A program made the position numbers and the translations under genes. A stretch of 64,000 bases of DNA from Narcine bancroftii (lineage: Eukaryota), in contig NC_091475.1 in assembly GCF_036971445.1 (NCBI RefSeq), positions 26,474,001 through 26,538,000 of the forward strand, written 5' to 3'. Positions 51,454-64,000 of this stretch are shown piece by piece. The notes beneath the pieces are model-generated. The model worked only from the letters and a program-made list of their open reading frames with translations, had not been told where the DNA came from and searched no databases. Position 1 is the first letter of the stretch, and each line of letters opens with the position of its first letter.

Positions 51454-52049
51454 CTGTAATAGAAACATGGATATGTAGAAATATTTACTGTATGGGAAGG
51501 ACCATTCACGACTGGGACTTAAATGTTTCACTTCACTTCCAGGCTCAAACATTTCTCCCCTTCTCTTCTACTAATTCTGACTGTTGTTGGCATGATGCGC
51601 ATATTGTACACTGGGGGCTCCTTCATCTTAAATAAGCTCAGGGAGTGTCATCCCATCCCACGTTTAGCTGAAGAACCATTGGTACAAAATATTAATTTTG
51701 TTTTCTTGTCAAAGATGCAGGCTGATCTGGTGTGTTTCCGTCCTTTTGTGATTCTATTTCAAATCTTCAATATTTGCTTTGATTTCCCTTTTAGGAGACT
51801 ACCTGATCCTGCCTACATCTGGAGGCCATACAAGCACATTAACCGGCTGCAACACTGAGACGGCAAGAGGATTAGGGAACTCTTCCCTTCAGCGTAATCA
51901 CTGTTATACGTTACAAGCCCTTTGACCCATAATATTCATGCTGACCGCATTAATCCCTGATATCAGCATTCACTCCATAGTCTGCAAGGTCATGGCATTT
52001 CAAGCACTCACCCAGATGCTTTGCAAATGCTCTGGGAGTGCCTTCTCCC

Positions 52050-52900
52050 ACCGTCTCTGTTTTTATCATTTACCTCAGTTGCTTAGTAGGATGTTCAAAT
52101 TCCCTATTCCATGAATATGCAGAAGTCTTATGTTTAAATGAACTCAATTCTTGAGCCTCTACAATCCTCTGGGATTCCAAAGATTCATCATCAGCTCTCT
52201 GAAGAAATTTCTCATCTCCATCCTGAATAATCCATCCTGTATGGACGATCCTTGGTTGGAACTTACTCCTCAGCCATAGAAAACATTCTCACTGTACCCC
52301 CTTTGTCAGTCCCTGTACAAATTATGCAAGTTTCAATGAGATTGCCTCCAGTTATTTTATACACAAGAGAATATCATCCTGGACTACAAAATCTCTACTT
52401 GTCCAGCAAACTCAGCATTCCTGGAACTACTTTAATTTTTTTTACTGCACTCCATTTATGTGAAGGGTCTCCATTTTTAGTTTAAGTGACCAAACCTATA
52501 AAAAGAACTCCAGAAGAAATCTTACTAAGGCGTTTTATGATTGCAGTTAGACATCTTTACTTTTGTACTCAATTCCTCTCATAATGAAGGTCAATGTGCT
52601 GCTTGTTGAACCATTGCTTTTCAATGACTTATAAACCTGGACACTTGGGTCTGCTTGAACATCAACATTTCCCAATCTGTCATCATTTAAAACATACTCT
52701 GCATTATGCATCAAGTGGATAACTTTGTCTTTTTCATGTTATATTGCATTTGCCATTTTCTTGTTCGCTACGTTTGAACCCTTAACATTCTCTTCCCTAC
52801 TCCTAACCCAGTGACGTGTCGTGGCATCAGTAAACATGGAAACAAGGTAGTTGCTCTCCTCAGCCAAGTCAATGACATAGATCACGAAAAGCTGGGGTCA
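52050..52900 (-). mobile_element. Degraded CR1 LINE fragment
   Basis: Reverse-complement CR1-like 3' sequence (aagaaatttctcatctccatcctgaa; gattgcctccagttatt). Confidence 0.5.
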
Positions 52901-53311
52901 CAATCAATGACCACTCTTCTCCCACTCTTCATTCCGCCTGATAATTGATGAAAGATTTATTTATTCCCTCTCTATACTTTCAGTTTGATAACTGATTCTC
53001 AATACATGTCAGTAAACAGCCCCAACCCCTCCCTACATGTTACCTCACTGAAAAACCTCCTCATTAAAAGCAGTCTAAAAAATCTAAATGCAACACTTTA
53101 CTGGTGCCTCAACTTAACAGCAATGGTTGACATAGCCTCCCTTTCAGAAACAACTAGCATTCTTGTCTGTGGACCATGATTCTTTTAGCGCCACTTCTTA
53201 TATAATTGTGAGTCAACAGGGAATTATAACAGTCCTTGCCTGTTTGGACCATGGCAATATTGACTTAGAGGTATCCTTTTGAAGAGGAATCAGAATAAAA
53301 TAATGCCTTAC

Positions 53312-53719
53312 CAGAAGCTTTTACATTCACAGTTGTTCTGTCAGTCCGTTTGGTCGCTATGGTGTACCAGGATTTATCAGGATCTTGGATCCACTCTCTT
53401 GCCTCACAGTAAAAATCCCCCTGGTCAAACACTTGAAGTTTGTAGATGGTGAGTTTAAAGGAAGTGCCTCCAGTCTTGTCCAGTCGTACATCACCTGATC
53501 CATGTCTCTGCTTATATGATTCTCCAGGGCGTAGAATGAAATCCCGCGTTACAGAGATGACCTTGAGACTTTGATCTCCCTTTTGTAGGTACCACGTGAC
53601 GGCCACATGTGTGTGGTATGGTGTTTGTTTGGTTACTTCACAGACCATTTCCAACGAATCACCTTCTACTCTATTCAGGGTCTGGGGTACAGATGTTGCA
53701 CTGAGTGTATCTGGAATAA
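53312..53719 (-). CDS. IGSF3: IGSF3 exon, Ig V-type domain 2 (VIPDTLSATS...CEV...FYCEAREWIQDPD...VNVKAS)
   Basis: Acceptor ttctcttccag|TT at 53720-21, donor TCTG|gtaag at 53311-10; 408 bp, phase 1/1; Ig Cys pair and EWI motif; matches recalled IGSF3 D2. Confidence 0.93.
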
Positions 53720-53844
53720 CTGGAAGAGAATTGAACAGAAATGATCAATAGAACAGAACTCAAAAATTGTTTCATCAAATGCATTATTCAAGAGTGATTG
53801 ACAGTTCCACTTTGAGCAGTTCAAAGGCAAAGCTAGTCGAGTTA

Positions 53845-54155
53845 TTACCGTACAGCACCAGAGACCTGGGTTCAATCCTGATCTTGGATGCTGTCTGCAT
53901 GGAGTTTGCAGGCTCTCCCTGTGACCGCATGGATTTACTCCAGATATTCCTATTTCCTCCCATATCCCAAAAACATCCAGGTTGGTGGGTTAATTGGCCA
54001 CTGTAAATAGTCCCTGGTGTTGGGTGACTGGTAGAATCTGGGAGGAGTTGACGAGAATGTTGGGAGAATGAAACAATGAGGATCAATGAAGGATTGATCT
54101 AAAAGGGTGGTCGATGGTTGGTGTTGCCTTGGTGCACGAAAGAACCTGTATCTCT
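53845..54155 (+). mobile_element. V-SINE (HE1-like)
   Basis: gacctgggttcaatcc B-box and V domain. Confidence 0.75.
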
Positions 54156-55456
54156 AGGTCTTAATCATTTGAGTAACAGTTTAAAATGCATTACAGTCTT
54201 GGAATGTCAGATATGATTCTCTCAGTAGACTTGAAGAATTGCCCATCTTGTGTAGCTCTTACACGTGTTGAATTTTGAACACTCGGGGAGCTGGTTAGAG
54301 GACATATTGATCTTACTATGGAGACAGACGTCCTTCACTTGATGCAATCCTTTGGGATTAAAGAACCATGCAGCAAGGATATGAAAGCAAACAAGAAAAA
54401 ATGAAAACAAGATGACATTTTTATTAGAGGAGAGCCAACACCCAGAGCTGTTCCAGCAGCAGCGCTTGGCTGTTTGCATTTAAAAAAAATTGAAGGATTT
54501 CAGCATGAACATTGACCTATTAAGCAGATGTATTAACACCATCTTTAAAATTGGGAAGAATTTCAGATCAATGTATTCAGAATTCATGCACAAAGTAGTT
54601 GAATAAACTTGGCAGGGCATTTGGTGAACATGACAAATCTCCACTTTGACAGTCTACTGATGGAGTTGGAGAAAATTGATCACTCGGTGCTGTGCTGAGG
54701 TTCAGCATCATCGAGGATTCAAAGAATATATTTTTCTTTATGCACTAAGTGATTGCCTGTCACAGCTTCCTTCATTTAACATTCTCTCACATCTTGTAAT
54801 GCATTCTAACCCTTTGAAGCTCATCCTCAACATCCAAATATCTAACTACATCCTTTATTTTGCTACCCACTGATAGTTAAGTTAGATAGAATGTCAAAGA
54901 ATGCTGCTATTTCACATTTATGAATTATTATTGCAGGAGAAATTGTGCACATATGTCTAACAGGAATTTGTCACAGATGGGCATCTCACAGGCATCAAGC
55001 ATTGATCCAGATATACAGAGTCCACATCTACCCTTGGAATCGTAGCTCACAATTAAAAACTGCAGCCTCAGAGCAAAAACAAGTTTCTACTGATCAGTTA
55101 TTATATTGGAGGTGCAAATTATAGATAGACACAGTGCAGCAAACTTATGAAATATATGAACAAGTGAAAGCTAAAATCTGGTAAAGTAAACTTTTAATTT
55201 GTTTCATCAGAATTAAAACAAAGAGAGATTAAAAAGGGAAAATAATCTTTAGGCTCTTTCAAAAGCTAGGGAAATTATTTAAGGTTATTCACAATATTAC
55301 GAGCTCCCATTTTAGTAAAATGGGATTATCACTGTAAGGGATAGTATAGACAGAAGGGACTGAACGGTCACCGTTAACATTTAATATTTCACAGAAGCAC
55401 AACACAAGTCACAGCCCAGTGATAATTCGATACATTGGAAGAACTGAGGGAAGGTT

Positions 55457-56078
55457 TGTCACAGTCTGTTCTAGAATTTGATACATTTGCAAAGACACTG
55501 ATTTAGTAAAGGGAGAACCATTCTGGCTGCTGAAGAGAAAGCTGCTCTTGTGGCCAGCCATTTTTGTGATTCAGAGCAAAGCATGCTTTGTGAATGACAG
55601 GCCTTTTCAGTGGCTTGACCTGTACCAGGAGGGTTTTTTTTGGAAGCAAATTGCTTCATTTTGACAGTGAAGATCATTTGGAGACACTGCTTCATTTTAA
55701 GTGTGAAGTGACTTGGAGAGATCAGTGCCAGGGTCTTGGAAGCCTTGTGGAGGCTGCCCAGTTCGTGTCTTGCCTACAAAAGGACCAGGAATGTTGTGAC
55801 CACAACTCATGTGGATGGACATTTATTTCTTCAAAGGCAAAGCAAGAAGAATTTGAGTCTGTAGCAGCCACAACTCCAGTCTTCCCATCAGTTCAACATT
55901 AATTCTGGGCATCAAATTTGAAAGGCCTCCACTTCAACACTGAATTGGCATAACTGGGGATAGATTTAGTGTTAAGGATAGTTTAAAACTTAAGACTATA
56001 GTTTAAAAGTTAGAAATAAAATTATTGTTTTAAAATTAAACAATGTCTATTGCTGCTCATCATGCCTGGTTTGTAACA
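55457..56078 (+). mobile_element. Possible solo LTR
   Basis: TGTCAC...AATAAA (~56015)...TGTAACA ends; no TSD visible. Confidence 0.35.
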
Positions 56079-56447
56079 AGAAAGACGAGATAAACAAGGA
56101 GATATCATTGAGTGAACATCAAGAAAATATAAATGTCAAACAGGATAATCTCAAAGAGGCTCTACCAAGAGAAGAAGAAAGCTTGAAGATCATCAGATAC
56201 ATCTGAACTACTGCTCAACATTCTCAGGACAGTAGCATGGAAATGAAGCCAAAGGTCATGAACAATGCACCTTCTGAAAAGGCTTCACAGAGAGTAACAT
56301 CAGCATAACTTCTACATCTTTGACCTAATGTTCTTTTGCGTTAAGGCCAGATACTGTCTAAAACCAGGGATATGCAGTAATAGTAAGAGCAATGAATTCT
56401 GAATTATTCTCAGCAGGATCCTCATTGGTTTGTAGGATCATGAAGTG

Positions 56448-56539
56448 TATGCCTCATGATCCAAAGAACAATAACCCTGATAAGACCCTGTAGGTGCAGG
56501 GTCTTATCAGGGTTATTGTTCTTTGGATCATGAGGCATA
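56448..56539. repeat. 43-bp perfect inverted repeat with a 6-nt spacer
   Basis: 56448-56490 is the exact reverse complement of 56497-56539. Confidence 0.97.
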
Positions 56540-57489
56540 TACCTGTTAAGTTATTGGTTCTGGTGCAAAAGCAAAAGATGCATTGTTAAGGAAAGTTCCC
56601 TCAGGCTGAGATCTCCAGGACATTCCCCCCAAATCCATCACATGAAAAGGTTACAACTAGATTGCAGACAATTACAGAGCCCGTCATATGCTCCCTCAGA
56701 CCTCAATAATTCCAAGGAAAAGACCACCTTCTTCCCACAAGGTCACATAACCTTATGGGGAGGCCAATATCTTCTTCTGGTTCTTCTTCTGGTTCCATCG
56801 AGATATTTAAGTGAATGTTGGAAAAATGGGATGCTGAAAAGTTGGGAAAGTGAAAAGTCATTCTAAACTTTTCAGTGTCCTATTTCAGTTAGTTTATTCT
56901 AAACAAGACATGCCTCCCTCCGCAATTGCTGCAATGGTGGGAGGGGACTCTTATTACTTATCCTGACCTCTGAACTTTTCTATGAAATAACCAATATCTC
57001 GTCAATGCGAGCACATATGAGCCACACAGTATAAAATGTACTCACCCATTTCTGATTTAGTTTAATGTTGGTTTCCTATATTTATCTAACTTTTTTCAAT
57101 AACTAAAAAACACTGTCCAATGCACATAAAACAAGGCAAACTAACTGGTATCACTTCCAAAGTTAGCTCTTCAAAACATTTCAAGAAAGATCTACCATCA
57201 GAAACTTCTTTTGTTGCATTTCCGAGCAGAAAACAGGATGCAACTGTAGGACGTTTGTAGTAGCTTAAATGACAGGGATCCTGTTGTCATTCCCCAAGCT
57301 TTTGTCAAGTTGATTTAGACCACCTGATAAAAGAATTGCTAAACAATCTGGTAACAGGTTTCCACAAAATCTTGGCTTAAGATGTAAACGCCTGATTTAA
57401 CATAAAGTAACACTTGGATGTTTTTGTGGTTATAGTTGTAGCAATGCTTTGGTTGGAAAAACATTGTTTAAAAGAGTGAGAATACATAC

Positions 57490-58140
57490 TCTTGTACAGC
57501 CACACTGAGACTGCTATGTTCCATTTCAGTCTCCTCAGTTGAGAAAGGACACATGGCTTTGGATGAAATGCAGAGAAGGTTCAACAGGTTGATTCCAGAA
57601 ATGAAGGATAAAAAAACACTAAAGGAATAGGTAAGATAGATTGTTTCGACTGGTAAGTGAGATGAAAACAAGGGGGCATAGCCTTGAAACTCAAGGGATA
57701 ACAGGGTTAATGTGCAACTTCTTCTCTGAGATAGAGTGGTGAAGGTGTGAAATTCTCTGCACAAGGAATGTATTTAAGGGACAGATTTATAAGATTTTTG
57801 ACAAATAGGAGAATTAAGGGATACGGAGCTGAGTCCATGGCCAGATCAGCCACACTCTTATTGAATGGCAGAGCAGGCCTGATGGGCTACATTGCTAACT
57901 CCTGCTCCTACATGATTCACAGTAAGTGATGTACAGAAAGTAATTTAGATGGCAAATGGGATGCTGGCCTTTAATGTAAAGGCAGTGGAGTATAAAAGCC
58001 CTGGTGCAACTATGCAGTATGCTGGCAATGAACAGTGGTCTTCTTTAAAGAGGTCTAAACTTGCCTAAGAAATAATTGAGAGAAGATTCTGGCATGTGAA
58101 GGTTGAAATCTGAAGAAAAGTTGGGTAGGTTGGATGGATC
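57490..58140 (+). mobile_element. Degraded CR1 LINE fragments
   Basis: cagagaaggttcaacaggttgattccag; tail attgaatggcagagcaggc. Confidence 0.6.
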
Positions 58141-58649
58141 TAGTTGGAAAATTGGCATAAATGCCTTAACCTTTCTTCACCTCCTTATTACAAAAAATGA
58201 TTGGAAATAAAGATAGAAAGAATTTAATTTGAAATTGTTGTTCAAAAACAAAGAGAATAATTAAAATAAACAAGTTTTGAAACTTATTATCCTATCCTGC
58301 TTTTGAATTTATTAATACTTCATCTGCTTTTTCCTGTAAAATAGGTCCAATTCACTCGATAAAAATATTTGACCTCACATTGAACATTTTCAGGCAGTGG
58401 ACAGTATCAAAGTTTAATTTCTGGATTGTAATTGCAAATATGTGAAATAGATTTCCTTAAATGAAGAGCAGAGTGATAGTTTGGTGAAGATGTAGCTGGA
58501 AGAAAGAAGTAGTAGTGCCAGATAAATTATAAACTAGAATGTATTTTAAAATCCACGATGAGATGCTGGTTAGACCAAAACCCCAGGCTACTATTGTGTC
58601 TGCAGTATTGGCAAAGATTTTAATAATAATTTCAAGTAAATAATTGTCA

Positions 58650-59295
58650 TAGCTGCCGCCACAGCAGCGCTTCTGCTGGTACAGTCCCGTGAGAGCAGAG
58701 GCACAGCGCTGCTCCAAAGGGATCAATACCCATTCCCAGTGGCTCTGTACAAATTTCAAACGGACTGTTAAAGGAGCCGGCAGGGTTTCTAAGTTAATTC
58801 CTGCAACTGCGGAGGTCTGTGCTCAAGATGGCAGGACCTGTACTTGGCAGTGGCCATGGGGGGGGTTTACAGATTCCCAGGGAGGAGCAGACTGGTGCAA
58901 GATACCAGAAATGGGGAGAACACACCCCTGATTGAGAAAGAGAAGCAGAGGAGATTACCTTACAGGACGATGACCACATCAGCAAACTAACAAGGGGTTC
59001 AGCAGCTGAAGGTCACTCAGGCTCTGGGTGGCATTTGGTCAGGGACCCACACGGGAGGCTTGGGTCTGGAGCTTGGGTTGCTGATTGATCGAACACGAGT
59101 CTGTGTGGCTGCAGAGGCGAATCCACCAATGCTTGGACTCTCTGAAGGGACTCTCTTTTCCTTCTCTTTCTCTGATTTTAGGGGTGCTGATTTTAGGGGT
59201 CTCGTGTTTGCCTTATGGCAAGCAAAAGTTAAATTACATCATGTATATTTTTTTTAAGTATTATTACATGACAATAAAAGGAAACTTGAACCTTG
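58650..59295 (+). mobile_element. GC-rich non-autonomous retroelement with a Rex1-like 3' tail
   Basis: Ends catgacaataaaaggaaacttgaa, like the tail at ~14875; no coding relic. Confidence 0.4.
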
Positions 59296-59704
59296 CAAGA
59301 ACCAAAAAAGAAATCAGTCAACATTTCTACATTTTAAAATAAAGAAATGATTACGGGGTTGTTTTGATTGGCAACATTCTAAAGGGAAGCAGCGATAAAT
59401 TATAGCTTCTGCATCAGTGAATGAGTGCACATGATTGAGACAAGATAAGATATATTTCACAGGAGTGGCACTCAGTAGTGAATTAGACAACAAATCTGGC
59501 ACTATCTGAAATAAAATGTTCACCCAGACGAAGGACGAGCGGAGAGGGAAGTGGCTCACAATATCCTGCAGGTGCCCCTCCAAAGTTATCCATATTCAAA
59601 TCATCTTGACTTGGAAATACATCACCACTCTTTTTATTCCCACAAGGACTATAATCCAGAATGTCATATCCATCAGGAATGACAGAGTTTTGAACCTTGC
59701 CAAG

Positions 59705-60560
59705 AACAACCTGCACCTAAATCCTGTGTATGGGTAAGCACTCCACTGTGAATATGCAGGGGCCAGTTATTGCATCTGGTGTCACCATTGTGGTCTCGTC
59801 TATATTGGAGAGACTGGACAAAAACTGGGAGGTTGCTTTGTTGTGCACTTTGGCTGTGTCCACCACAATAGCAGGGATCTCCCAGTGACAACCCATTTCA
59901 ATTCCCCGCTCTATTCCCATGCCAACATGTCTGTCTGTGATCTCATATATTGCAAGACTGAGACCACCAGAAAATTGGTAAAACAACACGTCATCTTCTA
60001 TCTGGGCACCCTCCAAATGGATGGTATTAACAACAACTTCAGCGGATTCAGTTAGAAACCACCCATCACCCCCACCCCCATCTATCCTTTCCTCTATCTC
60101 TGCCTTTTGCCTTTCCTCTCTATATCCTTTCCTCCAGCTCTGCAATGACAGAGCCACCCACTCCCTGAATCAATTCTCATATTTCCTTTCCTGTCCCCAT
60201 GTCCATATTCAGTTATGACCTGTCTATGGCCCTTATGCGAAACCAAGGCTACCCATAAATTGAAGGAGAAACACCTAATATTCTGTCTGGGCACTCTCCA
60301 AAATGGATGATGTTAACATTGACTTCCCTGGTTTCTGCTAGACCACTCTCTGTCCTCCTTCTCTTTGCTATCTTTCTCCCTCCTTTCCTCCAGCTCTCCT
60401 TCACTCTCCACTCACAGAACCACCCCCCCCACCCCATTTGCTGCTGTGCTCTCCCTCCCTTATCCACCTATTACTTCCTATCTGTGAACCTGTGCTCCTC
60501 CCCCACCATTTTTTTCAGGCATCTTCCTTCATGAAAGGTTCAGGCCCAAAATGTTGGTTA
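59705..60560 (+). mobile_element. Penelope-like element: GIY-YIG endonuclease relic plus a partial tandem copy of the 3' end
   Basis: YCIWC..CGLVYIGETG...HFNS...LGTLQMDGIN at 59768-60050; second copy of the C-terminal segment at ~60220-60340. Confidence 0.8.
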
Positions 60561-60567
60561 TGTATCT

Positions 60568-60970
60568 CTTCTTTCTTCTTTGACTTGGCTTCACGGACGA
60601 AGATTTACGGAGGGGTATGTCCACGTCTGCTGCAGGCTCGTTGGTGACTGACCAGTCCGATGCGGGACAGGCAGGCACGGTTGCAGCGGTTGCAAGGGAA
60701 AATTGGTTGGTTGGGGTTGGGTGTTGGGTTTTTCCTCCTTTGTCTTTTGTCAGTGAGGTGGGCTCTGCGGACTTCTTCAAAGGAGGTTGCTGCCCCCCGA
60801 ACTGTGAGGTGCCAAGATGCACGGTTGGAGGCGATATCAGCCCACTGGCAGTGGTCAATGTGGCAGGCACCAAGAAATTTCTTTAAACAGTCCTTGTACC
60901 TCTTCTTTGGTGCACCTCTGTCTCGGTGGCCAGTGGAGAGCTCGCCATATAACACGATCTTGGGAAGGCA
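60568..60970 (-). mobile_element. RTE 3' fragment nested in a Penelope 3' end
   Basis: Same family; TSD atgtatct at 60560-67 and 60971-78. Confidence 0.9.
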
Positions 60971-61084
60971 ATGTATCTATATCTTTGCTTAAAGCATAAG
61001 GCAACAGGTTTAAGAATTGTAATCAAAATATGTTAAATACTTGTGGAAATATTTCTCTACAGTAGAATTTTTTCTGTTTATACG

Positions 61085-61220
61085 TATTGAGTGGCTCAGG
61101 AGCGAAATGTTGGTTCTATCCCTTTGCTTCCTATGGATGTTGCGTGACCTGCTGAGTTTCTCCAGCACTTATGTGTATTGCACTACAATCACAGCATTTG
61201 CAGACTTTCCTGTGTGACTA
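61085..61220 (+). mobile_element. Penelope terminal-repeat fragment
   Basis: gacctgctgagtttctccagca shared with 5489-5510; related reverse pieces at ~48330-48455 and ~35905-36000. Confidence 0.6.
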
Positions 61221-61769
61221 ATAGAAGAGTGTCAGTTGCCTGTTTTTCACTTTGTTCCAAACAATGGGAAGTGAAATCTGGGAAGAAGTAAATTAGCCAG
61301 CACCATCCTGTTAAGAGTTTGCACCAGAAGGATTTGCAATGGGATTTATACATCTCTGAAAATGCAATGCTTGTGGAGACCTGGTACAAAATGAGGACCA
61401 GAAACCCACAACCTTCTGCTTTAAAAATTAAAAACTGGTGAGGCAAAAAAATGACAAAAAAAAAATGGTGCTGCAAGAATTACTATTGGAGATCAAAACG
61501 TTGCAAGAGATATCCAAGCTTTGTACATTCACACGATAGGGTCTAATGCAATGAATCGAGACCTAACAAATTAGAACAGCTTGGTATTGCCTGGTGTGAA
61601 GTTTATCATAAGGACAGAGATGGCACAGCACCCAAATGTGCAAGTAGCGCAACATTACACACACACAAACTGTGGCTTCAGACTTCATTGCTGGGAGGAA
61701 CACAAGAAGGCCCTAATTCATAGAGAGACAACATAAAAATAAGGAATAAATCAACCCACATCTTGTTGT

Positions 61770-62630
61770 TTGGGATATATACAAATGATTTGGATGAAAT
61801 AGCAAAAGTGGTCATGTTAGTAAGTTTGCAGATGATACAAAGATTAGCAGAGTTGTTGATAGTATAGAGGGCTATCAGAGAATAAAGATCAGTTCCAGGT
61901 AATACCAGAGAGAAGACAGATGGGTTTTAATCCTAACAAGTGTGATGTGCTGGTGATCAAACGTAAGAGGAAAGTATACAGTTAATGGCAGGTCTCTTAA
62001 AAGCATCTTAAAAGCATTGATATGCAGAAGGATCTGGGAGTTTAGGTACGTAGCTCATTGAGAGTGGCCTTGCAGGTAGATAGGGTGGTAAAGAAGATGT
62101 ATGGTATGCTTATCTTCATTGAGTACAAAAGTAAAGAAGCCACATGACAGCTATAGAAAACTCTGGTTAGGCCACACTTGGAATATTGCATTCAATAATG
62201 ATTGACCCATTACAGCAAGGATGTGGAGGCTTAGGAAAGGGTACAAAGTGGTTTACCTGGATGTTGGCTGGCTTAGAGGGTACAAGATTTGGTGACAGAT
62301 AGGACAGACTTGGGTTGTTATCTCTGGAGTGTGGGAGGCTGAGGGGGCAACCTGGAGCAGGTTTATAAAATCATGAGGGGCAGTGATAGGGTGGACAGTT
62401 TTCCCCCAAGTAAAAGTATCACACACTGGAGGAGATGTGTTTAAGATGATGAGGGGGAGGAAGTTTAATGGCAATGTGCAGGGCAAATATTTTACATAGA
62501 GAATGGTAGATGCCTGGAACCAGCTGCCGGAGTAGAGATGGAAGCAGATACAATAGAAAAGTTCCAGGAGCTTCTATATAGACACAAGGGGATGGAGGGA
62601 TATCTGTCAAGTGCAAGCAACAGTTTTAGT
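61770..62630 (+). mobile_element. CR1-clade LINE fragment
   Basis: SKFADDTK and LVRPHLEYC relics. Confidence 0.8.
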
Positions 62631-63504
62631 TTGGATATTAACTGCCGTAATCAAAAACAAGTCAAACAAATGGAGAAAAACAAATCCTCCGATGTTTCGT
62701 GCTCCAATACATTAATATAAAATTATGAGAGGCATATCTAGGGTAGTCTTTCTCTCTCCCCCCCCCACCCAATGTTAAAACATCAAACACCAGAAGGCAT
62801 GAATACAAGGTGAAAAGGATTGAAGGAGATGTTTACAGCCTTTTTACATAAAAGGCAAATTATTCTGCTTAAGAAAACCAGAAAAACCTGAAGTTGTTGG
62901 AAATCTGAAATAAAAGCAGAAACTGCTGGAAACCTTGCGAATTTTTATTGATATTCATATCATGAATATATCACTTAGGCACGTAGAATAAATTGTGCTT
63001 TGGTTCTACAATTATACCGTGTATTGCAAAGACTGATGATGAATTAGCTGCCACATTTTTGAGGTGAGATGTTGCTGTGACACCTTCACAACACTAAAGC
63101 ACCATGGGAATGGATTCTGCAGTTCAATGTGTAATGTTTTCAGGAAGGTAGTATCACTAAACAAATGATTTTAACACCAAGATCACCAGTGGAACTTTTA
63201 ACATCCTTCGACTTCATTTTTTTCTCCAGGAGAAAAGAACTTTTATTCTGGCAAGGACCAAAAGTTACATAACTTATTTTTTACATAGCTAAAAAATGCA
63301 CACACTTATTTGAATGTACCATCTGGTGGGAAAAACTGTTATTAAATCAACCTGCAAAAAACTGTAGATTATTTGCACTGTTGATTGTAATCATCTCAAG
63401 TTCCACTGAAGATCAAATCTCAGCTTTTAAATTAATCAAACTGCACTTTGTATAATGGTCCAAAGACCAAGTATTTGGCTGAGGTTTGCATTATTACTCC
63501 AATG

Positions 63505-63735
63505 TTTGGGCGGCACAGTTAGCGTAACGTTATTAACACTGCCAGTAACTGGGATTTGAATCCGGCACTGTTTGTAGGTTTGTACATTCTCCTTGTGTCT
63601 GTGTGGGCTTCCTCCATTTTCCTCCTATCCTTCAAAACATATCGAGGTCATAGGTTAATGTGGTGTTTGGGCAGCAGAGGCTTTTCGGCCAGAAGGGCCT
63701 GTTACTTCATGCGCTACATGTCTAACTAAATTAAA
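63505..63735 (+). mobile_element. V-SINE (HE1-like)
   Basis: ggcggcacagttagc head; gtttgtacattctccttgtgtctgtgtggg V domain. Confidence 0.7.
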
Positions 63736-64000
63736 ATTATTTCTGAAAGAAGATCAGCTTTAGAATTCAATATATTGTGTCTTTACAAATTCCATCCGCA
63801 TAATAAGTAATCCTAAAACACATTTTTTTTATAAAGTGCAGACACGACTGACAAGTATTAATATGAGCATTCTTAAGAACATTACAGGAGGTGAATGTGG
63901 CTGTTCTGCAATTCAATAAGATCTTTACTGATTTTCTCCTTCAACATTTTCCTGACCTATTCCCACAGCCTTTCCAATAAATTGAAATTAGAATAATGCC

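Noticed and set aside
53720-64000. Search for the IGSF3 leader and domain-1 exons
   Set aside because: No GPLYR/WCNV/YECHTP-type sequence seen; presumed to lie beyond the window

Overview
Eukaryotic, AT-rich vertebrate DNA. The repeat content (V-SINE/HE1-like and SacSINE1/DeuSINE SINEs, CR1, Rex1, RTE, Penelope, non-mammalian L1) points to a cartilaginous fish, probably a ray or shark (inference). The window holds eight coding exons of an IGSF3 (EWI-family Ig superfamily) gene on the minus strand, from 53719 down to 13185: Ig domains 2-8 plus the TM/cytoplasmic exon, all with GT-AG phase-1 junctions. I could not find the leader or domain-1 exons, which presumably lie beyond base 64000. The introns are full of transposons. 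The main ones are an intact full-length 6.0-kb L1-clade element (ORF1+ORF2, 16-bp TSD, pure poly-A) antisense to IGSF3, a near-identical 5'-truncated sibling, five copies of one young RTE family (one with twin-priming inversion architecture), Penelope remnants, a Chapaev3-type element and hAT MITEs. Most notable: the L1 5' region carries an antisense ATG, mini-ORF and phase-1 splice donor that would splice in frame into the IGSF3 domain-8 exon 0.5 kb away, resembling primate L1 ORF0. Also present are a 7SK 5' retrocopy and a 43-bp perfect intronic hairpin. All family assignments come from recalled motifs, not database searches. Most ORFs in the supplied track are spurious.
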